This document shows, piece after piece, positions 1 through 9,937 of a DNA stretch of 36,319 nucleotides. Positions within the stretch are counted from its first letter, which is position 1. Each line of letters opens with the position of its first letter. A program made the translations under genes and the position numbers. The stretch is from an uncultured Nitrososphaerota archaeon (GTDB lineage Archaea; Thermoproteota; Nitrososphaeria; Nitrososphaerales; CADDZS01): NCBI GenBank assembly GCA_963799845.1, contig CAWCYI010000002.1, positions 1-36,319 on the forward strand, given 5' to 3'. The notes beneath the pieces are model-generated. The model worked only from the letters and a program-made list of their open reading frames with translations. It was not told the origin of the DNA and ran no database searches.

Positions 1-2
1 AC

Positions 3-1834
3 AGTGTTGAAGACACTGATTACGAGACTCCCCGGTTGAAAGTCATGGGGCTAGGCGTCAGTCTTGAAGACAAGGTTCCACGGATGGATTCTAGACTAAC
101 TTCGATCTCGCTTACCCCGTCGATTTATCATGACGACGATGAGGCTAATCCGATTGAAATCCAGGCCGATGACGAAGGAAAAATTCTGGTCGAGACTGCA
201 AAAGAGGTTCAGAGGTTCGACCCGGACTTTATCATCACCGGCAATGGGGACGCTTTTGTCTTCCCGTATCTTTACTCAAAGGCTCAGAAGCATCAGATTT
301 CCTTTGACCTCAACAGGGATCCCGACGCGCAAAAAGTTGCACACAGCACCCAGTCCGGAGGAAGGACCTACTTCAGTGACGGCCGAATCATGATACAGCC
401 CACGACCCAGCGCTTCTTTGGAAGGATTCACGTCGACGGGCAAAACACGTTCGTGTATGATCAGTGTCGATTCGAGGGACTCTTCGAAATTGCGCGAATA
501 TCTCGAATGCCGTTTCACACTTCTTCTCGAGCTTCGATTGGCAAGTCCTTGAGCGGACTCCAGTTCTATCACGCTCATCTCCGGGACACGCTGATTCCAT
601 ACAAGCCAGTCACATCTGAGGATATCAAGAACATGGAAAGTCTCCTCGTCGCAGATAGGGGAGGCCTCGTCTTTGTCCCGCTCCCGGGAATTCACGAGAG
701 AGTGTGCGAGTATGATTTTGCGTCGCTCTACCCGAACATTATCAGGCAGAGAAACATCAGCGCCGAAACCGTGAACTGCGCCTGCTGCCCTGAATCAGAT
801 AACAAGTTGGAAGAACTCGACATGCACATCCGCAAGAAAAAGCTGGGAATAGTTCCAGAGAGCTTGGGGCTTCCACTCTCGAAGCGAACCGAGTACAAGA
901 AAATCCGCGATGAAACGGAGGACCCAAAACTGAAACAGATCTGCAACGAAAGAGCTGGTGCCCTAAAATGGTGTTTAGTAACATCATTTGGATATCTTTC
1001 ATTCAGGCACGCAAAGTTCATGAAAATCGATGCTCACATAGCGGTTTGCAGCGTGGCGAGGCAGACGCTCTTGGATGCAATGCATACAGCAGAGTATCGA
1101 GGTTACCGGGTAATTCACGGGATCATAGATTCGCTCTGGGTCTTCAAGGAGAGAGCAAAGCTCGAGGACTATCAGGAGCTGCGTGAAGAAATAGAGAGTG
1201 TTACGAAATTCAAGCTTGCTATCGAAGGAATCTACAAGTGGATCGTGTTCCTTCCGTCAAAGGTAAATCCGCAAAACCAGGTGCCCAATCGTTACTTTGG
1301 CTGTTTTGAGAAAAACAACGAACTAAAAGTACGCGGCATAGAGTGGAGGAGGCACGACGCGCCCATTTACTTCAAGACATGTCAGGAGCAGATATTGAAT
1401 GAACTCGCAAAATGCGATCATCGAGAAGAACTGAGGATCCGTGCGAGGAAGGAAGGCATCCAGATTTTTAATGAATTTGGAGGAAGGTTGGAGCAGCATG
1501 ACGTTCCTCCCCTAGAGCTACTAATTACGCGTAGGCTATCGAAGAACCTCGCGGACTATCATTCAAAGAGGCACTCTCTGTCAATGCTGCCTTGAAGCTG
1601 GAAGAGCAGGGATTGCAATTGAAAGCAGGTCAGTCAGTCTCGTATCTTATCACCAAGTACAAGACAACGGGAATGAACAGGGCAACGCCCGAAGAACTGT
1701 CTGCAGATTCGGAATACGATTCTCAGCGTTACGTCGAATTACTTGCTGATTGTTGCGACACTATACTATCTCCTTTCGGAGTGGACAAGAGACAGCTGTT
1801 GAGTCGGGGCGAATCTCTCCTATCTTGGATTTAA
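3..1834 (+). CDS. polB2: Family B DNA polymerase, archaeal PolB2 type; 5' end lies outside the window; frameshift at ~1572-1574
   Basis: Motifs DFASLYPNII, ALKWCLVTSFGY, HGIIDSLWV (PolB2-type replacement of YGDTDS), NRYFG, KVRGIEWRRHD. Adding one base at ~1573 gives KRxLSVNAALKLEEQG and joins ORF 36..1595 to ORF 1592..1834. The frame is open back to position 3. Confidence 0.9.
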
Positions 1835-1910
1835 TCGAACAATAGAATGACATATTGAAATTGATTCCACTATGTTTCAAGTCCAAAGTGACTCTGCGAA
1901 GAGATTACAC

Positions 1911-3362
1911 TTAATCGATCTGTCCCGAGTTAAAACTAAGTATCGTGCTGAGGTTCGGATCTATTTTCTGGGGAGCGTCTGCGAAAACCCCATTCAGAAT
2001 GAACTCCGTAAGCTTGCTGGCTCTACCTAGAAAACTCGGATATTTGGTTCGGCTTGGATCGGACATGTAATCTGCTGTCGAGGATAAGCAAAGTCCAAGA
2101 CTAGCGATCCAGTCCGGATCAACTCTGATCGTCGCGGGGTATGCCTGCTCTTTTCTTAATCTTATTGACCTCCAGAGACCACCTGATTCCTCGTTTTCCA
2201 AGCCAGTATTGTGAGGAAACAACTCGACGGAATCATCGGGGGTTAGTAACGCCGTCCCGTATGGTGCGGTTACGCTCATTGTTTCCCTACCATATCCTTT
2301 CCTGAATTTCCAAGCCGAGAGACCACCGCTCTTTGTAGTCGAAACGGCAAGCGTCGGAATACCAGTTTCTTCCGCGACATCGCTAGTCCTCATCAACTCA
2401 ACCTGTCGGAAACCGGTGTCCCTCATTGTTAGAAGTAGGTCGTGATGACCCTTTTTGATTATACGAGATAGGGTGTCATCAATACGACCGAAGAGGTCTT
2501 CGTCACTATCAGCCTGCAAGGTGACGAGACAATTCGAATTAGAAAAATCGGCGCCTGCGGTCGTGATGAGCCCCACAGTACCTCCATTCCATGGACCAAA
2601 GTCCAGATACACACACAAAGGATTGTGTACTGATTCATATTCTGGAGGCAGTCTAACTTTTGACCATCAGCTTGCGAGTATCCGTCGAATAGATCGAGCC
2701 GGAGAATCTCTTCGTAGCATGTGCCAAAAAAGAGTAAGCGAGTGCATATGTCTCGGTTCTTCCTTTCCAAGTACCCGGTCGGTAGTGGATAACTCGCTTC
2801 CCATGTTGAAAGGCGAAACCATAAGTGGCATAGTACGTTCTGTCTCGGACGTACCTCAAATTAGAAGAAGGCAAAAATACAACGAAGAGATCTGCGTCAT
2901 CTTGAAGAGCCTCTCCCATCTTTTCAATGTAACCCGCAGGATTCCCGTGCTTGTCCAGCGATGTGTTCTCAACCTTGTAACTGGTTGCCTTGATATTTCG
3001 TGTATCGTACCCGAAGAAAGAATCTCGATCTCATTGACCCTGAAAGGCGACGCCGGAATGATTCGTCCAAATTTTTCAGTTTGTAATGCTGACGAGATTT
3101 CATTCAAAGAGAATAGGCCATCTTCAGTCTCTTCAAGTATCTCATGTGCTACAAGTGTTCTCAAAACATCAAACAAGATTCTAGGATTAGCGCTGGCATT
3201 CTCGGCTAAGAAGTCTGAGCCCCTTGGACCGTCGTGCAAAAGATCTGCAATTTTCAACTTGGTGGCAACATATATTGACCATTGTACTGCAAAGTCACCT
3301 ATTCTTGATTTCAAGAATTCTAGGGCAGACGACTCTGTATTCAAGATTCGATTAGAACTCAT
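1911..3362 (-). CDS. Putative wHTH-fused short Argonaute (wHTH-MID-PIWI), split by two compensating frameshifts
   Basis: ORFs 2856..3362 and 1911..2618 share a frame and 2653..2919 bridges them. N-term ATKLKIADLLHDGP..FLAENASANPRILFDVLRTLVAHEILEE..GLFSLN resembles the O-methyltransferase dimerisation wHTH. MID-like: DLFVVFLP..TYYATY..HGKRVIHY..ATKRFSG. PIWI-like, in canonical order: VYLDFG, LLTMRDTG, VSTTKSGG, APYGTALL, GLWRSIRL, WIASLGLCLS, TKYPSFLGRASKL. Confidence 0.72.
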
Positions 3363-3580
3363 ACTAATTATTTACCTGGATGTAGGAGGAACCAAGATTC
3401 GTGAATTCAAACATTATGCTTTCTCCTATTCAGCTAACTTTTCGTCTTGCAGACTCGTATGAATGAGAATTCTATCTCCTTTTCCAACAGATTGGCCAAT
3501 CTCTCTCCGAATAGATCACGGGTGACTTCACTCAAGAGCAAAAAAATTTAGTATGGTAGGCCTCAAATCTGAGCTTAACT

Positions 3581-4651
3581 TTGCATACCACCGTAAGTCA
3601 CGTTCAAGAGAAGATGTTTGCACAAGTACCGGCTTCCCTTACGGTCGGTTTGACATATGATACAAGGAATGACTTCAAATTTTCGAGCACTGAGCCAGAA
3701 GATTGGGATGTGGAATTCGAAGTCTCCACTGCCATTGATGACATTGCGCATGCGCTGGAAGATTTAGGACATACTGTAATGCTCATTGGAAGTGGGAGGA
3801 AGTTGCTAGATGATATTCGAATCGTGGAAGATTCGGTTGACATAATATTCAACATCGCTGAAGGATATTATGGACGTGGGAGAGAAGCACAGATACCATC
3901 AATCCTTGAGCTTGCAAGAATCCCATACGTAGGTTCAGATAGCTACACGCTCGCCATAGCCTTGAACAAATGGCATACGAAAGTACTCGCCAAGCAATAT
4001 GGAATCAGGACACCTGAGTTTAGGGTGGTGAACAATTTTGACGAAATTAGAAATTGTAAGCCTCTAAAATACCCTGTAATTGCAAAACTTTGTTATGAAG
4101 GAAGTAGTAAGGGCATTCGCGATGATTCGGTGGTTTATGACAGAAGCCACATGCAAAGAACAATTGAGTACCTGTTGAGAGCATACAAACAGCCAGTTCT
4201 AGTTGAGAATTTCATTCTAGGCAGAGAAGTCGATGTCCCCATAATCGGGACTCATCCCCCAAACGCTTTTGGTGTCGTAGGATTAACACTAAACGAAGAT
4301 CTTGCACTTGAAAACCGCTTTCTGACCTCTGACATAGTAAGACATGATGGCTATGGATTCAGATACCCTTTGCGCGACCAATTTGTATCAAAGGCCGAAG
4401 AGAGTGCTCTGAAACTGTATAACCTTTTAGGATGCAAGGACTTCGGCAGGGTTGACGAGCGAATAGACCATGAAGGGAATACGTATTTTCTCGAAATAAA
4501 TCCCTATCCTTTTCTCGGAAAACACAGTAGCTTCAACGAAATTGCCACAAAATCAGGGATCGGATATAAGAAAATGATAAAGATGATCCTGGACAGTGCC
4601 CTAACCAGGCAGTCAGTAAAGAGGACAAACACTGCTCAATCCAGTACGTGA
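3581..4651 (+). CDS. D-Ala-D-Ala ligase-like ATP-grasp enzyme
   Basis: IFNIAEG..REAQIPSILE..IPYVGSD..LNKWHTK, YPVIAKLCYEGSSKGI, VLVENFILGRE, GRVDxRID..YFLEINPYP. The start may be ATG 3614. Confidence 0.88.
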   Translation: MHTTVSHVQEKMFAQVPASLTVGLTYDTRNDFKFSSTEPEDWDVEFEVSTAIDDIAHALEDLGHTVMLIGSGRKLLDDIRIVEDSVDIIFNIAEGYYGRGREAQIPSILELARIPYVGSDSYTLAIALNKWHTKVLAKQYGIRTPEFRVVNNFDEIRNCKPLKYPVIAKLCYEGSSKGIRDDSVVYDRSHMQRTIEYLLRAYKQPVLVENFILGREVDVPIIGTHPPNAFGVVGLTLNEDLALENRFLTSDIVRHDGYGFRYPLRDQFVSKAEESALKLYNLLGCKDFGRVDERIDHEGNTYFLEINPYPFLGKHSSFNEIATKSGIGYKKMIKMILDSALTRQSVKRTNTAQSST

Positions 4652-7163
4652 AGGTCGCAGAGATAGTAGTCGATTAGGTAGAACCATTTTTGAGGTCTCG
4701 TAGTTTTGAAAATCTCTCGGGCTTGATCAACAATCTCTCCAACTTCAGCCTTTTGCGTTCCTAGTTCTTTAAGGATCCTTGCCTTAAGCGTCAATCTTTT
4801 TGCAAGCGCAAGCTCGTTGTCATCCTTCCAAACATTCAACTGATACTTCTCAAGCCATTCAAGTGCTGTCTTTGCCAGTCCGTTTGAAAGAAGGATGGAT
4901 GCCATATTGAAGCCAAAATAGTCTTGCACCAATGGCTCTCCTGATTCCTCGATGAGGGACGCAAGTTGTTGCATGCGCCGAAGTGACTCCGCGAGGGTGT
5001 TCTCTTTCTTATCCAAGACAGAGATATTGATGGAGCTACAGATTCGATTGAAAACCTCGCTTGATCTTTCAAATGCCTCAGTCAAGAATGACCTTGCACT
5101 TGGAAAGTCGCCAAGCTGCATGTAAACTAAGCCCAAGTTGTTGAGAGGGATATCGATTTCATACGAATCGATTTCTCGGTACAGTTTTATTGACTCAAGC
5201 AGACTCTTCTTTGACGAAGCAAAGTCCCCGATATAGAATCTTTCTGCTCCTTGATTGTTAAGACATCTTGCCACTTCAATGGTCGCCCCTAACTGTTTGA
5301 ATGTCTGAATGGCAGAATCTAGGAAGTCTATGGTTCGTCTTGAGTCATAGAACATTCCTGACTTTCGTCCAAGGGTCGCCAGTCCTACTCTGTCGTTGAC
5401 CTCATTGAAGACTTTCTGAGCTCTTCCAAAATACTCAAGGGCTTCTTCATGAAACGCAAAATGATCCAGAGCTGTGGACAGAGTAGAATAAGAAGCGCCC
5501 AGTCGCTCTTTTTCGTCCAATTCTTCGAGTATTTGACAAGCCATTCGTAAATTTGGGATTCCTTCGGATGCTGCTCTCTTTGTACCTATGTATCGACAAC
5601 TCTTCCCAAGCAGCAACCTGGTGTCTGCTTCTAATTGCTTGGAAATCTCAATTCCACTCTCAATCTCTTGTACGATTGAATGAGATATGGTGTATGATTC
5701 CTCAAACTGACCAGTGGAGAACTGACTTAATCCAAGTTGTAAAGAAAGTAAAGTTCGATCCGCCATGGTAAATCCTGGTTGGGAATTTGCTAACTCAAGT
5801 CCTCTCTTCCAATAGTTTGTCGAATCTGCGAATGAAAAATTAGTCGTGGCATTCTTCGCGGCTTCAACATAGAACTTGAGAGCCAATTTCGGTCTGTCTG
5901 CAGAATCATAATGAATGGCGACAAGTTCGGGATTCGAACCTCTTTCTTCATACATTTTCGCGGCCTTCTCGTGGATTCCTCGTGCCGCGTCTTTCAAAGA
6001 ATCAAGAATCACTTCTCTGGTTATTGAATGATCAAATTCATAGCTTCCGTCCCGCTTATTATTCCTCATAATGCCATAGACCGTTTCAAGTTCCTCAAGA
6101 TGGTGTATCAGTTTCAGATGATCCTCATTCATAAGTTCGGAGAGATCTTTTGACTTGAACCTGTCTCCGAGAATTGCCGCATAATCGAGAAGAACACGCA
6201 TCGACAAATCTTCGCGCTTAATGTGCAGGAGTAAAGTCTGAATCGGGTCGGAGACGCTTTTTGGAGCAAGCAGCGCTCTCCTATCAATAGCAAATGAATT
6301 GTCGGATTCACGAATAGTTTGAAGTCCCTTGATTGAGCAATTTATGAAGTAAGGATTTCCGCCCGTGCGCGAAGCCAAAGATCGTATCTCTTCTTTAGTC
6401 AATTTGTCTTTTGCAAGCACAGTGGCGAGCTCTGTAGATGAGTATAGACTCAAGGGCTCTAGATTAACGGAAAGTCGATTGTTCTCATCGATTCTAGAAA
6501 GAACAGCATTAAGAAGTTCTATATTGGCCTCTTCTCTTTCAGATGAGTGATGCCCCTTCCTGATGTTCAGAACAATCATGCACTGCATACGCGAAACCTT
6601 CTCCAAAAGAAAACAGAGCGATTCAAGAGAGGAGCCGTCAAACCATTGGAGATCATCAAAGAAGCTACGACCGTATTTTTCGACGATAATTTTTCGAAGA
6701 GGGAAACAAACAAGTTATTGACATACATTGAATTGCCGATTATTTCCTTGTCTGCTTGGGTCAGACTAAATACACGGGATGCCACATCTGAGACTAATGA
6801 AATAGCGGGTTCAAATGCCGGGACAAGCTTAGCAAGATTCAGAATTATTGTGGCGATTTGTTTGCTCTGTTCGATCGTACGCTTAGATCGCTTCAGAGAG
6901 GAGAACATTTCAGACAGAGCTGAGTAAGGGCTATTCGCGAATACTCTACCAGCAGTTCTTAGGATTACGAGCTCTTGTTTTGATTCAAGTTCATTTAGGA
7001 AATTGTCAATCAGAGTCGTCTTTCCGACTCCAGGCTCTCCATAAACCGTGATAATAAGACCCTTTCCTAAATTTCGAACGGAATCGAGTACCTTGGAAAG
7101 AGAGGAAAGAGGCTCTTCTCTGTCAACGAATATTTGCTGAACTTCAATCTTAGCCCTAGACAA
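4636..7163 (-). CDS. STAND/AAA_16-type ATPase with C-terminal TPR array (~840 aa); frameshift at ~6663
   Basis: FVDREE, Walker A GEPGVGKTT. Adding one base at ~6663 restores Walker B FFDDLQWFD and joins 6576..7307 to 4636..6606. Also TGGNPYFI, YEFDHSITREVI, VAIHY and TPR motifs (CLNNQG, LNNLGLVYMQLGDF). Start at TTG 7163 is inferred. Confidence 0.88.
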
Positions 7164-7328
7164 CGAGCCCACAGCAAACCAGCACGTCTTATTATTTCCT
7201 ATATTAACGATTTCAAGAGAATTAGATGAGAAATAGAATGGGTGAAGGTGGGTGTTTCTTGGATGGGAACAATATCTTCCTCCTTCAGTTTTTCTTTGCT
7301 CCTTCAAGGTTTTCTGTTCGAGTGCTAA

Positions 7329-7811
7329 TTGGTCTCTCGAAATAGAAAAGAAAAGTCCAAGAGTTCAACATTAATCAACGCAAAAATCGCAAAGGCAAAA
7401 ATCGAAGACGCCGCTGCCTTCTTGAAGCTCGAGGCGAAATGCTTCGAAATGCAATTCTCCAAGGTCAGCCTATACTATTGGCGTCCCGTAATTGACTATT
7501 GTTTTGCGTTCAAAGCTCTTTACAAAAAAAAGATCATTGGCGGGGCGATGGCTATGCCGACAAGGGACGGACGAATATATGTCAGTTCATTATTTGTGGA
7601 TTCAAAATTCCGAAGATCGGGTCTTGGCACGAGACTTCTTAATCGTGTTCTTGCTCTTCATTCGAGGAAGGGACACATCCTTGATGTGAAGGATGACAAA
7701 CCGTATCTTGTTTCTTTTTACATCAGACACGGTTTCAGGAAAAAAAGGATAGTCAGAGATTATTACTCAGATGGAAGTAGCCGCCTCATAATGTTAAGGC
7801 TCAAGAAGTGA
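7329..7811 (+). CDS. GNAT N-acetyltransferase (RimI-like)
   Basis: YVSSLFVDSKFRRSGLGTRLL acetyl-CoA motif, FYIRHGF, DYYSDGS. Confidence 0.88.
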   Translation: MVSRNRKEKSKSSTLINAKIAKAKIEDAAAFLKLEAKCFEMQFSKVSLYYWRPVIDYCFAFKALYKKKIIGGAMAMPTRDGRIYVSSLFVDSKFRRSGLGTRLLNRVLALHSRKGHILDVKDDKPYLVSFYIRHGFRKKRIVRDYYSDGSSRLIMLRLKK

Positions 7812-8207
7812 TGTGTGCAAAGGTCCAGAAGTTTTGGAAGAGCGAGCGAATTGAGAATGTCACCCAATCAGGATTTTGGAAACTCGCATGAGTACTTGAC
7901 TAATTAGGACAATTCGAAATGAGATTAACTTTTCGTACGGTCAATAACTCTTACACTGGGTAGTTCATACAGAATAAGGAACACGGTTTAGGCAGTACAG
8001 GCAATGAACCGTTAATTACTACTCTATTGAGATTAGTGATCACAAAAAACCGAGAACCTATTTACCGACGTGGACTTTCCCAAAAAAACCGGGGGTGGCT
8101 GCTCGCTTTCCCAATCAGCACGATTTGCCTTTCTCTGACCGGGAAGAGTCAAAGAAGAAGGCGAAAGTGCCGTATTCAGATATGTGGCAAGTAGAACGAG
8201 TCGGGGA

Positions 8208-8624
8208 TTATCCCACTCCACCGGAACCGGCGATGACATTCGTTGAAACTGTGAAACTTTTTCCATCTCCGAAGGTGAGAATAAATGTCAGGTTGTAATT
8301 ATCACCTGGAATTATCGGAACGGGTGATGTGCTTTTCCACGAGTAGTCATAATTTCCTCCGCTTGTCCCGGAGAAATTTCTAGCAGGACAATCGCAAGTC
8401 CCATTAACGAAATACTTTATCGACGTCCAGGGCGCCGGATAGTTGATCACAATATCGCCGGAAATGTGGGGAGATGGATACAAGCAATTGCTCGGACAAA
8501 TACCAAAGTTCTGGAGTGTTACCGGGGATGCAAAAGTGATCCAACCTAGAAATTGAAGAGCGAAGACTACTAGAATAGCTGCTGCAACTACACCGATGAT
8601 CTCAAGGAGTCTTGATCTCCGCAA
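8208..8624 (-). CDS. Small membrane-anchored exported protein
   Basis: N-terminal hydrophobic helix IIGVVAAAILVVFALQFLGW, Cys pairs and a beta-rich C-terminus (GDNYNLTFILTFGDG). Confidence 0.65.
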   Translation of the reverse strand: MRRSRLLEIIGVVAAAILVVFALQFLGWITFASPVTLQNFGICPSNCLYPSPHISGDIVINYPAPWTSIKYFVNGTCDCPARNFSGTSGGNYDYSWKSTSPVPIIPGDNYNLTFILTFGDGKSFTVSTNVIAGSGGVG

Positions 8625-9045
8625 ACTTCTCTTAACTGTCCCTAAACCTTAATCCGAAACCACCTCTCAGTTGTTTGTAAATATTCACTTACCGGACTAC
8701 TTCTTGATTCGGGTCCTCCAGGAGTTTCTTAATCCAAAAAGGACTCCGCTGACTATACGATTTGCAGCGTACCGGCGGAGAAGTACAAGAAAAGTCAGAT
8801 CAGGAAGGGCTAGATTCTGGGTCAGCGTTTAGAACTCTATTGATCGAATCAACTGTGAACGCTTTACGGCCCCGTTTAGCGAGGTTCCTAAGAATAACAC
8901 TTGCCGATGTTCGTGGCCACTTTTGTTAGGGAGTTGTAGTTTTGGGCACTTGAGGACTCGTCCATTTTATCCGTCTTGAAGAGGAAAAGCATCCCAGAAA
9001 ATTTTAGATATCCAGTTCCGGTCGCCGACGTTTAAGCTCCTAAAT

Positions 9046-9516
9046 TTGACACATAATCTGAAAATCGAATTCATGGATGGTTTTAGATATATTGAACGAA
9101 GGGATATTGATCTTCCATTCAAAACAAATTTTGCGCCCATGGACGAATTCACACTGACGGATTATTTCGTTTGGAACAGTGAGGAAGATTCGCTAAGTCC
9201 TGTCAAGGAAATGAATTTGGATGGAATCCCTGTAATAGCAGCAGTCGCATCCGTAAGGGTTCATCCCACATACATCAAAGTGGATCTAATCGGCCGAAAC
9301 AAGCTTTATGATCCCGACACGAAGGGAGCGGGGTTTGATCTATTACTGTTCATAGAAGTAAGAGTTGCCCGAAGAAATGGCTACACTGAAATCAAATTGG
9401 ATGCTGTCGATCACATGGTGAAGGAGTATGAAAAAAAGGGATATGTTGCCATCCCCGGCGCCCAATATGATGATCCGAAATGGGGTACTCTAACGCCTAT
9501 GACGAAGCGACCATAG
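9046..9516 (+). CDS. GNAT-fold protein, toxin-like
   Basis: VDLIGRN..KGAGFDLL..ARRNGYTEIKLDAV..VKEYEKKGY matches GNAT motifs A/B. Confidence 0.65.
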   Translation: MTHNLKIEFMDGFRYIERRDIDLPFKTNFAPMDEFTLTDYFVWNSEEDSLSPVKEMNLDGIPVIAAVASVRVHPTYIKVDLIGRNKLYDPDTKGAGFDLLLFIEVRVARRNGYTEIKLDAVDHMVKEYEKKGYVAIPGAQYDDPKWGTLTPMTKRP

Positions 9517-9733
9517 CTTTCTCTTTCACATGAGAGTGCTTTTCCGGATTGCCAGCGTATGCTCCGTGATCATCAGATTCTTCTCTGATTTCTTGAATGA
9601 TTTTATTTACACTGAAATTCTCTCTGAGATAGACCTCTATCTGCCTTGATACATTTGTGTCATTGATCAAAGCCAATCTTGTCAGCGCGGAGGAAAGCTC
9701 CGGTGTAATTGATATTGTGATTCTGGCGTTCAT
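9497..9733 (-). CDS. Ribbon-helix-helix DNA-binding protein with acidic tail
   Basis: RITISITPELSSALTRLA...NVSRQIEVYLRE beta-alpha-alpha pattern. Confidence 0.7.
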   Translation of the reverse strand: MNARITISITPELSSALTRLALINDTNVSRQIEVYLRENFSVNKIIQEIREESDDHGAYAGNPEKHSHVKEKAMVASS

Positions 9734-9740
9734 TTTGATT

Positions 9741-9807
9741 ATCATACCAGAGTATGATTATACGCATATTTAAGTATGATAGATTTAAGCTAGGTAAGTC
9801 TATCATA
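9741..9807. promoter_or_regulatory. Putative operator/promoter of the RHH gene
   Basis: Inverted repeats ATCATAC-N4-GTATGAT (9741-9758) and TATGATAGATTTA-N7-TAAGTCTATCATA (9775-9807) flank a minus-strand TTAAATA box (~9767-9773). Confidence 0.5.
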
Positions 9808-9937
9808 GGAAACAAGCATTCCGATGGAAAGCGAGTATGGCCTAAGACGGAAGCTGTGTTTCCCAAGAACGACACCTGTCGATTTTTTGTGCCTGAGATT
9901 CTTAGACTAACGTATGGGTGCCTAACTCAATGAAAAA

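Noticed and set aside
2856-3362. O-methyltransferase call
   Set aside because: Only the dimerisation wHTH is present. No SAM-binding DxGGG motif follows, and the downstream sequence is MID-PIWI-like.
2455-3462. 335 aa plus-strand ORF
   Set aside because: Antisense shadow of the wHTH-MID region; Ser/Arg-rich with no motifs.
3581-4651. Peptidoglycan ddl gene symbol
   Set aside because: Archaeal-looking context with no mur genes; Ddl-like ATP-grasp proteins have other substrates.
6547-6927. Plus-strand ORFs 6365..6550 and 6547..6927
   Set aside because: Antisense to the STAND ATPase.
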